DNA of 52,470 bases, from positions 1 to 52,470 of the forward strand of contig PWZB01000181.1 of the NCBI GenBank assembly GCA_003567625.1, read 5' to 3'. The notes under the pieces were generated by a model. That model did not search any database. It worked only from the letters and a program-made list of their open reading frames with translations, and was not told the origin of the DNA. Both the position numbers and the translations under genes were made by a program. Within the stretch, counting starts at the first letter, position 1; every line of letters starts with the position of its first letter. This DNA is from Bacteroidales bacterium. GTDB lineage: Bacteria > Bacteroidota > Bacteroidia > Bacteroidales > UBA7960. This document shows, one piece after another, positions 20,755 to 30,875 of this stretch.

Positions 20755-21984
20755 TTGAAACTGATATTATTCATAGCAAAAAGATACCTTCTGGCGAAAA
20801 AATCGCACAACGCGATCAATATCATCACCCTGGTCTCTGTAATTGGCGTAGCTGTTGGCACCATGGCACTTGTAATAGTTCTTTCGGTTTTCAACGGTTT
20901 TGAAAAGCTTATCATGGGGCTTTTCAATGCTTTTAACCCTGATATTGAAATAACCGTTAAACATGGGAAAACATTCCATATCGAAGAATTCCCCGCAGAA
21001 GACCTTAAAAACATTCCCGGTGTTGCAGAATACAGCAAAGTATTGGAAGAGACAGCCCTGCTTACCTACAGGGAGCGCCAGCATCTTGTGAGATTGCGTG
21101 GCATTGACGACAATTACACAAAAGTGACCGGGGTTGACACAATGATGGTTGAAGGTGAGTTCCTCCTGACACATGGCGACGGAAATTACCTTGTTCTCGG
21201 ACAAGGTGTCGCCCACGTACTCAATGCCAATGTGAATGATTACCTCAATCCCTTAACCATATATATACCACGAAGAGGCCCTGGCGTAACTATGCATCCC
21301 TCTCAAGCATTTAACGCGAGCTCCAATTTCGCCTCCGGCGTGTTCGGTATGCAATCAGAATACGATATGGAATACGTGTTTGCACCAATAAGACTGATGA
21401 ACCACTTGCTCGAATACGAAAACCGCGTGTCAGCCCTGGCTTTATCCGTTGATCCCGGTTATAACGTAAACAGGGTTCAAAGGCAAATTGAAAATCTGGC
21501 AGGCGAAAAATACGAAGTGAAAAACCGCCTCCAACAACAGGAATTTCTATATAAAGTTATGAGATCGGAAAAATTTGCGATATTCCTAATTTTAACCTTT
21601 GTCCTTGTTATTGCTACCTTCAATGTGATCGGCTCCCTCACAATGCTGGTAATAGAAAAAAAGAAAGATATATCGGTCTTGTGGAGCATGGGTGCCAGAA
21701 AAGAACTTATAAGAAAGATTTTCTTCGCAGAAGGTATGCTGATAAGCACTACAGGCGCTATTACAGGCCTGTTTTTAGGATGGCTGGTCTGCTTTCTGCA
21801 AATACATTTCGACCTTATTACAATTCAAGCTGCCGGAACATACATAATAGACGCATACCCCGTTGATATGCGATGGACAGACTTTGTATATATCTTTTTT
21901 ACAGTCATACTAATAGGTTTCCTTTCCGTTATTTTACCCCTGAAAAGACTGTTCGTGATGATACAAAATATTCGCCCGGAATAG
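20755..21984 (+). CDS. LolC/E-type ABC transporter permease (MacB/FtsX domain)
   Basis: FIAKRYL, VLSVFNGF, large periplasmic domain, IEKKKDI..L.SMGA and DAYPV; TTG start. Confidence 0.85.
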   Translation: MKLILFIAKRYLLAKKSHNAINIITLVSVIGVAVGTMALVIVLSVFNGFEKLIMGLFNAFNPDIEITVKHGKTFHIEEFPAEDLKNIPGVAEYSKVLEETALLTYRERQHLVRLRGIDDNYTKVTGVDTMMVEGEFLLTHGDGNYLVLGQGVAHVLNANVNDYLNPLTIYIPRRGPGVTMHPSQAFNASSNFASGVFGMQSEYDMEYVFAPIRLMNHLLEYENRVSALALSVDPGYNVNRVQRQIENLAGEKYEVKNRLQQQEFLYKVMRSEKFAIFLILTFVLVIATFNVIGSLTMLVIEKKKDISVLWSMGARKELIRKIFFAEGMLISTTGAITGLFLGWLVCFLQIHFDLITIQAAGTYIIDAYPVDMRWTDFVYIFFTVILIGFLSVILPLKRLFVMIQNIRPE

Positions 21985-22150
21985 AGATAATGAATTCAGG
22001 ACTCATGATCCCATTACTGAATATCAATAAGTTATAATTTTTATGTCGCAATAAATAACAAATTACAAACCAACCAGCCCGGATTGTTTTGGTCATTGAA
22101 GTTTTGAAAATTGAATATTATTTGATTATTGATATTTGATTATTGATATT

Positions 22151-22292
22151 TGAGTACACTCTAAAAAGTATTTTCCCGCAGATGACGCAGATTTTCGCTG
22201 ATAAATATGATTGATTATCAGGAGTATATAATCTGCGCATATCAGCGAAATCTGCGGGAAATAATATTTTTGGACTTTTTAGAGTGGACTCA
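22151..22292. mobile_element. MITE with 19-bp terminal inverted repeats and 4-bp target-site duplication, carrying a CCCGCAGAT palindrome
   Basis: TGAGTACACTCTAAAAAGT / ACTTTTTAGAGTGGACTCA match 18/19. TATT flanks both sides (22147-22150, 22293-22296). The element interrupts a TTGATTA/TTGATAT heptamer run. Confidence 0.8.
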
Positions 22293-22462
22293 TATTTGAT
22301 TATTGATATTTTTTATAATAAAAATACGACATTTAATTTTACGACAGGTAAGGAGTCCTGAAATTATTATACTTTAGCTTAAACTTAGACCGGAAATTTG
22401 TAGTTTTGTAATGTTAAAATAAAAACCCTCTTTAGCATTTCCGACAACTAAAAATTGTCAAA

Positions 22463-25400
22463 ATGAAAAAAAATTTACTTCAACACCTTTTTTATAAAAC
22501 TGTTATTATCGTTTTGCTGGTGTTTGGGTTTAATCAGTTATTTGCCCGATCACCTGATATTAACTTTGAGCCCGAAAGAAGTTTTTCGGAAGTAACTGTT
22601 AACGATTTTGAATCAACACGGATCAAATTTGCTTTTGAAGGTCTCTATTATATACATGTAGAAACCCGCGAAGGTATGTTCACCGAACTGATCATGCCCC
22701 GTGGTTATAGCGTTGGGGATTTGGGAACTCCCAAGCTCCCGGCCTCAAAAAAGCTCATAGAGATTCCTTTTGGCGCGGAAGTCAGCGTAAAAGTGAAAAG
22801 CTATACTACTGAAGAATACCGTCTTTCGGATTTTGGAATTGAGCATCCGCTGATGCCGGTACAACCTTCTCTGCGCAAAGACCAAAACATTGATGAAGTA
22901 CCTTTCAGATACCGCGCTGACCATTACGGCAAAACCGGTTTTATTGAACCCGGGCTGGCATCGGTTGAAATTCTCGGAGTAATGAGAGGACAGCGCCTGG
23001 GGCGTCTCACCGTTGCACCGGTACATTACAACCCCACCGAAGGTACTATCATGGTATATAATAATATAGTGGTTGAGATTCAATACACGGGAGCGGATAA
23101 AGCTCTCACCCATTACATCAAAGCCTCAACATATTCGCCCTATTTTGATGCGGTTTACAACCAGGTTATCAATCCCTTCGATACAAGGGATATATTTGAA
23201 GATTACCCCGACCTCACCAAATACCCCATAAAAATGGTAATCGTTTCCCATCCCGATTTCAAAGAATCCTTGCAGCCATTCATTGAATGGAAAACCATCA
23301 TTGGATTCAAAATAATAGAAGCTTATACCGATGAAATTGGCAATACAGCGGCTGCTATTAAAAATTTCATACACGAGCAATACCACGAGGGAACCCCCGA
23401 AGACCCCGCCCCCACTTTTGTTATTGTCGCAGGTGACCCCGGCAAATTGCCGGCTTCCGGCATAGGTGGCGCTTCAGAACAGGTTACCGACCTGTACTAT
23501 GCCTCCGTTGACGGCGATTATTTCCCCGACATGTATATAGGACGCCTGTCTGCCAGAAATGTGCCGGAACTGCAAAACCAACTGGATAAAATACTTTACT
23601 ACCAGAAATATGAATTTGATGATCCTTCTTTCTTAAATGATGTTACATTAATAGCGGGTGCAGATCATTTATCCTGGAACACGAAAATAGGCCAACCGAC
23701 AGTACAATATGGCACCAACTATTACTTTAACACAGCTAACGGTTTCGTTAACGTCAATGCATACCTGGCTAACTACGCAGGCTGTTATGATGAAGAAAGA
23801 ATCTCGGTAAGTCTGATTAACTACACTGCACATTGTTCACCAACCAGTTGGTCAAATCCTTCCCTAACCGTTAGTAATATACACAATATGACCAATACAG
23901 GCAAATACCCGTTAGCCATTGGAAACTGCTGCATGAGCGCCCTGTTCAGCCATTCCGAATGTATCGGGGAAGCATGGGTAAGAGCTAAAGATAAAGGCGC
24001 CGTTGCATATATTGGCTCCGCACCCAACACCCATTGGTTTGAAGACTTCTACTGGTCAGTAGGCGCTTTCCCTATTGAAGGCCAAAATAACGGTTATGTG
24101 CCGGATACCGTTGAAACAACGCTTGGAGCATATGATGCACCTTTTGTTTCCGATTACAGGGCAATAGCTTCCTTAAAATTTGTCGGCAACCTGGCTATCA
24201 CCGAAGCACACCTGCAAGGATACCCCACTCACTCCAATGTGCAATGGTACTGGGAAGGATATCATACATTCGGTGACCCTTCAACAATTATATATCTGAC
24301 CGAAGGTGATGAAAATACAGTTGAACATATGGATTACTTGCCTGCCGGTGTTGATCTTTTCACAGTTAATGCCAACCCGGGCTCTTATGTAGGCATATCA
24401 AAGGATGGGGTTTTACACGGAGCAGCACTCGTGGATGAAAGCGGCCAGGCGGATGTCCCAATAGACCCCCTGCAGGATGAAGGATATGCTACCATTGCCG
24501 TCACCAAACCGCAATATATACCCTACGTGCAGGAAATACCCGTTAAAGGATATAATACCGTCACCTTTGATATTAAAGATAAAAACGGAGATGAAATAAC
24601 CGGGGCTGTCGTAACTTTCGACGGCCAAACAAACGACCCGGGTGATTATATATTCAAAAACATAGAAGAGGGCGATTACGAATACAAGGTAGAAAAAGAA
24701 GGATACTTCACAAAAGAAAGCGAAGTTACCGTGGAAGATGACACCACGGTTGATGTTACTATGATCGGAGCATACGTCGTTACCTTTGAAATCGAAGATA
24801 AAGATGGTAATGAAATACCCGATGCTGTCATTACTTTCGACGGCAATACATACGACCCGGGCAATTATGTGTTTAAAGAGCTTGAAGCCGGAACATATGA
24901 ATACGTGGTAGAAAAAAACGGATACTTCACCTTTGAAAACGAAATTGTTGTAGAGGAAGATGTTACTGTAAATATTAAACTGGCCAGAGCATATATCATT
25001 ACCTTTGAAGTTGAAGATGTTAAAGGTGATGAAATAACCGGGGCTGTTATTACTTTCGATGGTGTTGAATATGAACCGGACGAATATATATTTGAAGACA
25101 TAGAAGGCGGAACTTATGATTACAAAGTGGAAAAAAAGGGATTTTTTACCGTTGAAAATGAGATTACAGTGAAAAGCAATGTTTTTGTAAAAGTTATAAT
25201 GGAATTCGATGACACTTATGTTGATATGGTGACGGATGCCGAACTGTCAGTATTCCCCAACCCCGCACGAAACAAGTTTACCGTCAGATCAAACGAAATG
25301 ATCAAACAAATAAGACTGTTTGACATCAGCGGACAAACAGTTAAAGATATAACTGTAAATGAATTAAGTTCAGAAATAAAAATAAGCAATCTGAATACAG

Positions 25401-25468
25401 GTATTTATGTTATGCAAATCCGCACCGCCGGGAACGTAATGACTAAACGTGTCCGGATTGTACGTTAA
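22463..25468 (+). CDS. Lys-gingipain (Kgp)-like C25 cysteine peptidase with propeptide, three acidic Ig-like repeats and T9SS type A CTD
   Basis: Signal peptide, C25 propeptide, NYTAHC...LAIGNCC catalytic His/Cys, AYIGSAPNTHWFEDFYWSVGA, FGDP and the CTD VFPNPA...GIY...KRVRIVR. Confidence 0.88.
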   Translation: MKKNLLQHLFYKTVIIVLLVFGFNQLFARSPDINFEPERSFSEVTVNDFESTRIKFAFEGLYYIHVETREGMFTELIMPRGYSVGDLGTPKLPASKKLIEIPFGAEVSVKVKSYTTEEYRLSDFGIEHPLMPVQPSLRKDQNIDEVPFRYRADHYGKTGFIEPGLASVEILGVMRGQRLGRLTVAPVHYNPTEGTIMVYNNIVVEIQYTGADKALTHYIKASTYSPYFDAVYNQVINPFDTRDIFEDYPDLTKYPIKMVIVSHPDFKESLQPFIEWKTIIGFKIIEAYTDEIGNTAAAIKNFIHEQYHEGTPEDPAPTFVIVAGDPGKLPASGIGGASEQVTDLYYASVDGDYFPDMYIGRLSARNVPELQNQLDKILYYQKYEFDDPSFLNDVTLIAGADHLSWNTKIGQPTVQYGTNYYFNTANGFVNVNAYLANYAGCYDEERISVSLINYTAHCSPTSWSNPSLTVSNIHNMTNTGKYPLAIGNCCMSALFSHSECIGEAWVRAKDKGAVAYIGSAPNTHWFEDFYWSVGAFPIEGQNNGYVPDTVETTLGAYDAPFVSDYRAIASLKFVGNLAITEAHLQGYPTHSNVQWYWEGYHTFGDPSTIIYLTEGDENTVEHMDYLPAGVDLFTVNANPGSYVGISKDGVLHGAALVDESGQADVPIDPLQDEGYATIAVTKPQYIPYVQEIPVKGYNTVTFDIKDKNGDEITGAVVTFDGQTNDPGDYIFKNIEEGDYEYKVEKEGYFTKESEVTVEDDTTVDVTMIGAYVVTFEIEDKDGNEIPDAVITFDGNTYDPGNYVFKELEAGTYEYVVEKNGYFTFENEIVVEEDVTVNIKLARAYIITFEVEDVKGDEITGAVITFDGVEYEPDEYIFEDIEGGTYDYKVEKKGFFTVENEITVKSNVFVKVIMEFDDTYVDMVTDAELSVFPNPARNKFTVRSNEMIKQIRLFDISGQTVKDITVNELSSEIKISNLNTGIYVMQIRTAGNVMTKRVRIVR

Positions 25469-25485
25469 CCATTTTCAGATAATAT

Positions 25486-25520
25486 AAACCCTGGAAGTTT
25501 TAATAACCTCCAGGGTTTTT
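25486..25520 (+). terminator. Intrinsic terminator or stabilising hairpin after the Kgp-like gene
   Basis: AAACCCTGGA...TCCAGGGTTT followed by T. Confidence 0.7.
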
Positions 25521-25560
25521 AATTAAACATCTTTTTATTAACCAAATTTCGTTAGATGTT

Positions 25561-28011
25561 ATGAAAAAATTTAAATTATTTATTTCAAAACCTTTTATTT
25601 GCTCAGTTTTTATAAGCTTTATTGCCGCCATTTCTGTACAAAGCATTGATGCGCAGGAGCTTAAAGGCAATTCACAAAACAACACTGAAAATTCCCGGGT
25701 TAAAACAGGGAACAGCCCGGCTCTTGATTTAAAAAACATCCCCGAAGAAGCATACCATCCCGGTATAATACGGATACAATTCAACCGGGATTTTGAAAAC
25801 AGCCTTGAAAAAATTGATTTTGAGATCACCGGTAATGACTATGTAAAAACAGGCATTCCTGCTTTGGATAAGCTCAACAAAGCTTTTAGAGTACATGAAT
25901 ACAAACCCATGCTGAAAAATCTTTATAGGGTTTCAAAAGCATCGGTCAGGAACAGGGAAAAACACAAGGAATGGGGATTTCACCTTTGGTATGACCTGAA
26001 ACTTGACAATACGGCTGATGTAATTAAAGCTGCCATTGACTTCAAAAAGCTTGAGGAAATAAAAATTGCTCAACCCGTTTTAAAAACACAACTTATTGAG
26101 ACTGTTGACAGCAAACCTGCAAAAGAAAATGACGGGGGTTCAAAATGGACTCCCAACGACCCTTTATATAAAGATCACCAGTGGCATTTTAATAATACCG
26201 GCCAGATAATCGGTGGGCAACCCGGCCTGGTAGGAATGGATTGCAATGCCGAAGCCGCCTGGGATATTGAAACAGGCAATCCGGATGTAATTGTTGCAAT
26301 TATAGATTCCGGGATGGAATACTATCACGAAGATCTGGAAGGTAATATGTGGGATTTGATAGGTCCGGATGGTACTGCAACCATACCCGACCTTCATGGT
26401 ACTCTCATCGGAGGGATATTGGGTGCCGTTACAAACAACAATACCGGGGTTGCAGGCTTGGCAGGAGGCAGCGGCTCCGATGATGGTGTCAGGCTTATGA
26501 GCATTGATATTATTAATGGAAGCTTATCACCACCTGGGGCTTTTATCTATGCTGCCGACAATGGGGCTGCAATAGCCCAAAACAGTTGGGGTTATGCTTT
26601 ACAGGGCAATTTCCCGCCGGAAACAAAAGACGCTATTGACTATTTTAATGAAGAAGGCGGTGGCGACGCATTAGACGGCGGAATAACTATCTTTGCCGCC
26701 GGTAATAACAACGATAATGGAGAGTATTACCCGGCATACTATGAAGGAACAATAGCTGTTGCCGCTCACGACAACCAGGGTGCCAAATCAGTGTTCTCTA
26801 ATTACGGTGACTGGATTGATATTATCGCCCCTGGAACAGATATTACAGCCACAATACCGGACAATGAATATGGAACCTATTGTGGTACTTCAGAAGCTTG
26901 CCCGCATGTCTCCGGCGCAGCAGCCCTGGTTGTTTCAAACGCATACGGCATGCTGACAAACACTGAACTATGGGATATATTAATAGAAAGTACTAACGAT
27001 GACATCTATAACTATAATCCAGGTTATACCGGAATGCTCGGAAGCGGCAGACTCGATGCCTATGCCGCCCTTTTGCTGCTCAAACAAGAGTACACCGTTA
27101 CTTTTAATATCACAGATGAAGACGGTGATGAAATAACAAACGCAATCGTTACTTTCGATGGTGTTACAAACGACCCGGGTGATTACATATTTGAAGAGAT
27201 AGAAGAAGGAAATTATGATTATATAGTAGAAAAAGAAGGATACTTAACAGAAGAAGACGAAGTGTACGTTGATGATGATATTACTGTGGAGGTTATAATG
27301 ATTGCGGAAACATACACCGTTACTTTCAATGTCAAAGATGAAGACAGTGATGAAATAACAGACGCAATCGTTACTTTCGATGGCGTAACAAACGACCCGG
27401 GTGATTACGTATTTGAAGAGATAGAAGAAGGAACTTATGATTATATAGTAGAAAAAGAAGGATACTTAACAGAAGAAGACGAAGTGTACGTTGATGATGA
27501 TATTATTGTGGAGGTTATAATGATTGCGGAAACATATACCGTTACTTTCAATGTCAAAGATGAAGACAGTGATGAAATAACAGACGCAATCGTTACTTTC
27601 GATGGCGTAACAAACGACCCGGGTGATTACGTATTTGAAGTGATAGAAGCCGGAACCTATGATTATAAAGTGGAAAAAGACGGATTCATCACTGTTGAGG
27701 ATGATATTATCGTGGATAGCGATACCGTTGTTGAAGTAGTAATGGAAATTGATGACACTTTTATTGATATGGTGGAAAACGCGGAACTGTCAGTATTCCC
27801 AAACCCCGCACGTGACAAGCTTACAGTCAGATCAAACGAAATGATCAAACAAATAAGACTGTTTGACATCAGCGGGCAAACGGTTAAAAACATAACTGTA
27901 AATGATTTAAGGATAAAAATCAACATAAGCAACCTGGAAACAGGAATTTATGTTATCCAGGTACATACTGCAAGAAACGTTATAAACAAACGTGTCCGGA
28001 TTGTGCCTTAA
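25561..28011 (+). CDS. S8 subtilisin-like serine peptidase with N-terminal prodomain, three acidic Ig-like repeats and T9SS CTD
   Basis: Catalytic triad IIDSG / LHGT / GTSEACPH, oxyanion AAGN, SNYG and a CTD starting VFPNPA. Confidence 0.9.
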   Translation: MKKFKLFISKPFICSVFISFIAAISVQSIDAQELKGNSQNNTENSRVKTGNSPALDLKNIPEEAYHPGIIRIQFNRDFENSLEKIDFEITGNDYVKTGIPALDKLNKAFRVHEYKPMLKNLYRVSKASVRNREKHKEWGFHLWYDLKLDNTADVIKAAIDFKKLEEIKIAQPVLKTQLIETVDSKPAKENDGGSKWTPNDPLYKDHQWHFNNTGQIIGGQPGLVGMDCNAEAAWDIETGNPDVIVAIIDSGMEYYHEDLEGNMWDLIGPDGTATIPDLHGTLIGGILGAVTNNNTGVAGLAGGSGSDDGVRLMSIDIINGSLSPPGAFIYAADNGAAIAQNSWGYALQGNFPPETKDAIDYFNEEGGGDALDGGITIFAAGNNNDNGEYYPAYYEGTIAVAAHDNQGAKSVFSNYGDWIDIIAPGTDITATIPDNEYGTYCGTSEACPHVSGAAALVVSNAYGMLTNTELWDILIESTNDDIYNYNPGYTGMLGSGRLDAYAALLLLKQEYTVTFNITDEDGDEITNAIVTFDGVTNDPGDYIFEEIEEGNYDYIVEKEGYLTEEDEVYVDDDITVEVIMIAETYTVTFNVKDEDSDEITDAIVTFDGVTNDPGDYVFEEIEEGTYDYIVEKEGYLTEEDEVYVDDDIIVEVIMIAETYTVTFNVKDEDSDEITDAIVTFDGVTNDPGDYVFEVIEAGTYDYKVEKDGFITVEDDIIVDSDTVVEVVMEIDDTFIDMVENAELSVFPNPARDKLTVRSNEMIKQIRLFDISGQTVKNITVNDLRIKINISNLETGIYVIQVHTARNVINKRVRIVP
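27091..27756 (+). repeat. Three tandem 222-bp (74-aa) intragenic repeats
   Basis: Units start at 27091, 27313 and 27535. Long stretches are nearly identical at DNA level. Confidence 0.9.
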
Positions 28012-28155
28012 AAAGAGTATGCAAATTGCAGGCATTCAGTATCTCATAGTATGTTCTTTCGGGCGTATTCCCGGCAGACTTCTAAATTTAGTGATCTTTT
28101 ATGACAGTACAATATTTTTATTAAAATTTAATTATGAATCTAAAAAAGTAATATT

Positions 28156-30873
28156 ATGAAAAGAACTATTTATTTAATTGTTTTCTTAATGGCGGGTATG
28201 TTTTTTACCGCCAACGCACAAAGCAACTGGGCAGGTATTAACAGTTACGAATCTGTTCCTGCAGATGTAAGGCTTGTACAGAGCAACATCCAGAACACCC
28301 GGATACAGTTTTCGCTGGATGGATACAAGGAAACACCTTTGGAAACGCCGCGCGGAACTCAAATGGTGATCAGTGTCGGGGAAGGAGTACAAATAATTGA
28401 AAAAGGCAAGCCGGATATGGCAAAGCTGGCCTCTACCATCATTATTACCGACATGGATGAAATGGAAGTAAATGTGGTCAGCTATGAATACCAGGAATTT
28501 ACCGGTGTGGAAGTAGCGCCTTCGAAAGGGCATTTCGTAAGGAGCATTAACCCCGACGACGTACCCTTTACTTATGGTGAAGTTTACCAGGCCGATGCTT
28601 TCTGGCCCGGCGAACTAGCTCAGCTTGAAGACCCCTTTATCATGAGGGATTTCCGCGGCCAAACCGTGACGATATTCCCGTTTCACTACAACCCCGTTAG
28701 CAAAACTCTCAGGGTATATACCGACATAGTGGTGGATGTATCCTCCACAGGCAACATTGGAGAAGACCCATTTATGCGCACCCGGGATGAGATAGTCTTG
28801 GAACCTGAATTCGGCAGGATTTATGAACGCTTCTTTTTGAACATGGAGGCGGCCGAAAGAAGCTACCCAATGCTCGAAGGAGAAGAAGGCAGCATGCTGA
28901 TTATCTGCTATGATGATTTTATGGATGCAATGAAGCCATTCGTTGACTGGAAACGTACAATAGGAAGAAAAACCGAAATTGTGCCCCGGTCAGAAGCAGG
29001 AAACACATGGCAACAAATAAAAAGCTATGTGGAAGATTATTATGACCAAAACGAAGACTTCGCCTACTTGCTGCTTGTTGGCGATGCACCAAATCAAATA
29101 CCCGCAGGAATAGGCACATATGGAAACGACTCCGACAATATATATGGAATAATATCCGGGATGTATAATGACATTTTTGTCGGACGTTTTTCAGCCGAAA
29201 CCGTTGCTCATGTCGAAACACAGGTGCAACGTATGATAGAATATGAAAGAGACATTGACGAATCCGACACATGGTTAAGCAACGGCTTAGGCGTTGCCCG
29301 CAATGAAGGTCCCGGTCATTACGGGGAATACGACCATGAACACATGAATTTTATCAGGGATACCCTGCTTAACTTTACCTACGACGTGGTTCACAGTTGT
29401 TATGACGGACCGGGGCACCACACTACCGCTGCTGAAATTTCAGGGCATATCAACGATGGAGTCTCTACTATCAACTACTGCAACCATGGCTTTGTTACCG
29501 CGTGGAGTGTTGCCGGTTACGCAATATACCATGTAAACCAGCTTACCAATGTAGGCAAGCTGCCATATGTCCAATCGGTAGCCTGTGTAAATGGTGATTT
29601 TGTGAACCAATTCTGTTTCGCGGAAGCATGGCTACGTGCCACACATGACGGTGAACCTACAGGAGCTATAGGCTTTCTGGGAGCTACCATCAACCAGCTA
29701 TGGAATCCTCCCATGTGCGGACAGGACGAAATGGTAAGCATCAAAACCGAAGAAAGTATCGCCCACGGCAGTACTATTAAAAGAACATACGGCGGTGTAT
29801 CCACCAACGGCAGTATGTTTATGATACCTCAATACGGTGGCTCAGGTATTGACACCCATGAAACATGGATACTATTTGGCGACCCGTCACTGATGGTCAG
29901 AACCGACGTGCCCACACCTTTCGAACCCGAATACCCAAGCGAAATCAGCATGGGCGACGAGTCATTCACGGTTACTTCGATTGATGACGGAGCCACAGCA
30001 GCCCTCTCATACATTGATGACAACGATGAAGTAATAATACTTGGCACGGCTATCGCACAAGATGGCACGGCAGAGATCATCTTTGACGAACCCCTCGAAG
30101 AAGAAATAACAGCTACACTCGCAATTACCGGCTTTAATAAAGTAACCTATATCAACGATGAAATTGAAAGCCTCGCAAATTACACCGTTACCTTTGAAAT
30201 CGAAAATGAAGATGGAAAGGAAATCACAGACGCCATAATTACTTTCGACGGCAGTGAATACGAGCCCGGCGAATATGTAATTGAAAACGTGGAAAAAGGA
30301 AACTACGACTATCTGGTGGAAAAAGACGGATTCTTCAACGTTGAAGATGATGTTACAGTGGAACAAGATATCACGGTTGAGGTTATAATGATCGGGGCAT
30401 ACATAGTTACATTTGAAATTGAAGATGAAGATGGTAATGAAATCACCGATGCGGTCATTACTTTCGACGACGTTAAATACGACCCGGGTGAATATGTAAT
30501 TGAAGATATTGAAGCCGGAACATATGATTACAAAGTGGAAAAAGAAGGATTCTTAAGCGTTGAAGACAACACTGAAGTAGATGACGATGTTACTGTAAAA
30601 GTAATAATGGAAACTGATACTTACGTTGATACACCTGTTGCCGTCGAACTTTCAGTATTCCCGAATCCTGCACGCGACAAGTTTACCGTCGAATCAAGCG
30701 AAATGATCAAACAAATAAAAATAATTGATATCAGCGGGCAAACGGTTAAAGATATGGCTGTTGGTGGATTGCGCTCCGAAATCAGCGTAAACAACCTGAA
30801 AGCAGGGGTTTACTTTATGCAAATCCATACTAAACAAAGCATAATAACCGAACGCGTCCAGATTGCACGATAA
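28156..30873 (+). CDS. Arg-gingipain (Rgp)-like C25 cysteine peptidase, paralog 1, with two acidic repeats and T9SS CTD
   Basis: APSKG..R propeptide loop, FIMRDFRGQ, FVGRFSAE, NYCNHG and SVACVNG catalytic motifs, CFAEAW, PPMCGQDEM, FGDPSL and CTD. Confidence 0.9.
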   Translation: MKRTIYLIVFLMAGMFFTANAQSNWAGINSYESVPADVRLVQSNIQNTRIQFSLDGYKETPLETPRGTQMVISVGEGVQIIEKGKPDMAKLASTIIITDMDEMEVNVVSYEYQEFTGVEVAPSKGHFVRSINPDDVPFTYGEVYQADAFWPGELAQLEDPFIMRDFRGQTVTIFPFHYNPVSKTLRVYTDIVVDVSSTGNIGEDPFMRTRDEIVLEPEFGRIYERFFLNMEAAERSYPMLEGEEGSMLIICYDDFMDAMKPFVDWKRTIGRKTEIVPRSEAGNTWQQIKSYVEDYYDQNEDFAYLLLVGDAPNQIPAGIGTYGNDSDNIYGIISGMYNDIFVGRFSAETVAHVETQVQRMIEYERDIDESDTWLSNGLGVARNEGPGHYGEYDHEHMNFIRDTLLNFTYDVVHSCYDGPGHHTTAAEISGHINDGVSTINYCNHGFVTAWSVAGYAIYHVNQLTNVGKLPYVQSVACVNGDFVNQFCFAEAWLRATHDGEPTGAIGFLGATINQLWNPPMCGQDEMVSIKTEESIAHGSTIKRTYGGVSTNGSMFMIPQYGGSGIDTHETWILFGDPSLMVRTDVPTPFEPEYPSEISMGDESFTVTSIDDGATAALSYIDDNDEVIILGTAIAQDGTAEIIFDEPLEEEITATLAITGFNKVTYINDEIESLANYTVTFEIENEDGKEITDAIITFDGSEYEPGEYVIENVEKGNYDYLVEKDGFFNVEDDVTVEQDITVEVIMIGAYIVTFEIEDEDGNEITDAVITFDDVKYDPGEYVIEDIEAGTYDYKVEKEGFLSVEDNTEVDDDVTVKVIMETDTYVDTPVAVELSVFPNPARDKFTVESSEMIKQIKIIDISGQTVKDMAVGGLRSEISVNNLKAGVYFMQIHTKQSIITERVQIAR

Positions 30874-30875
30874 AA

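Noticed and set aside
22463-25468. PorU sortase call for the C25 proteins
   Set aside because: Gingipain-type propeptides and Kgp/Rgp motifs are present, and the PorU architecture was not recognised.
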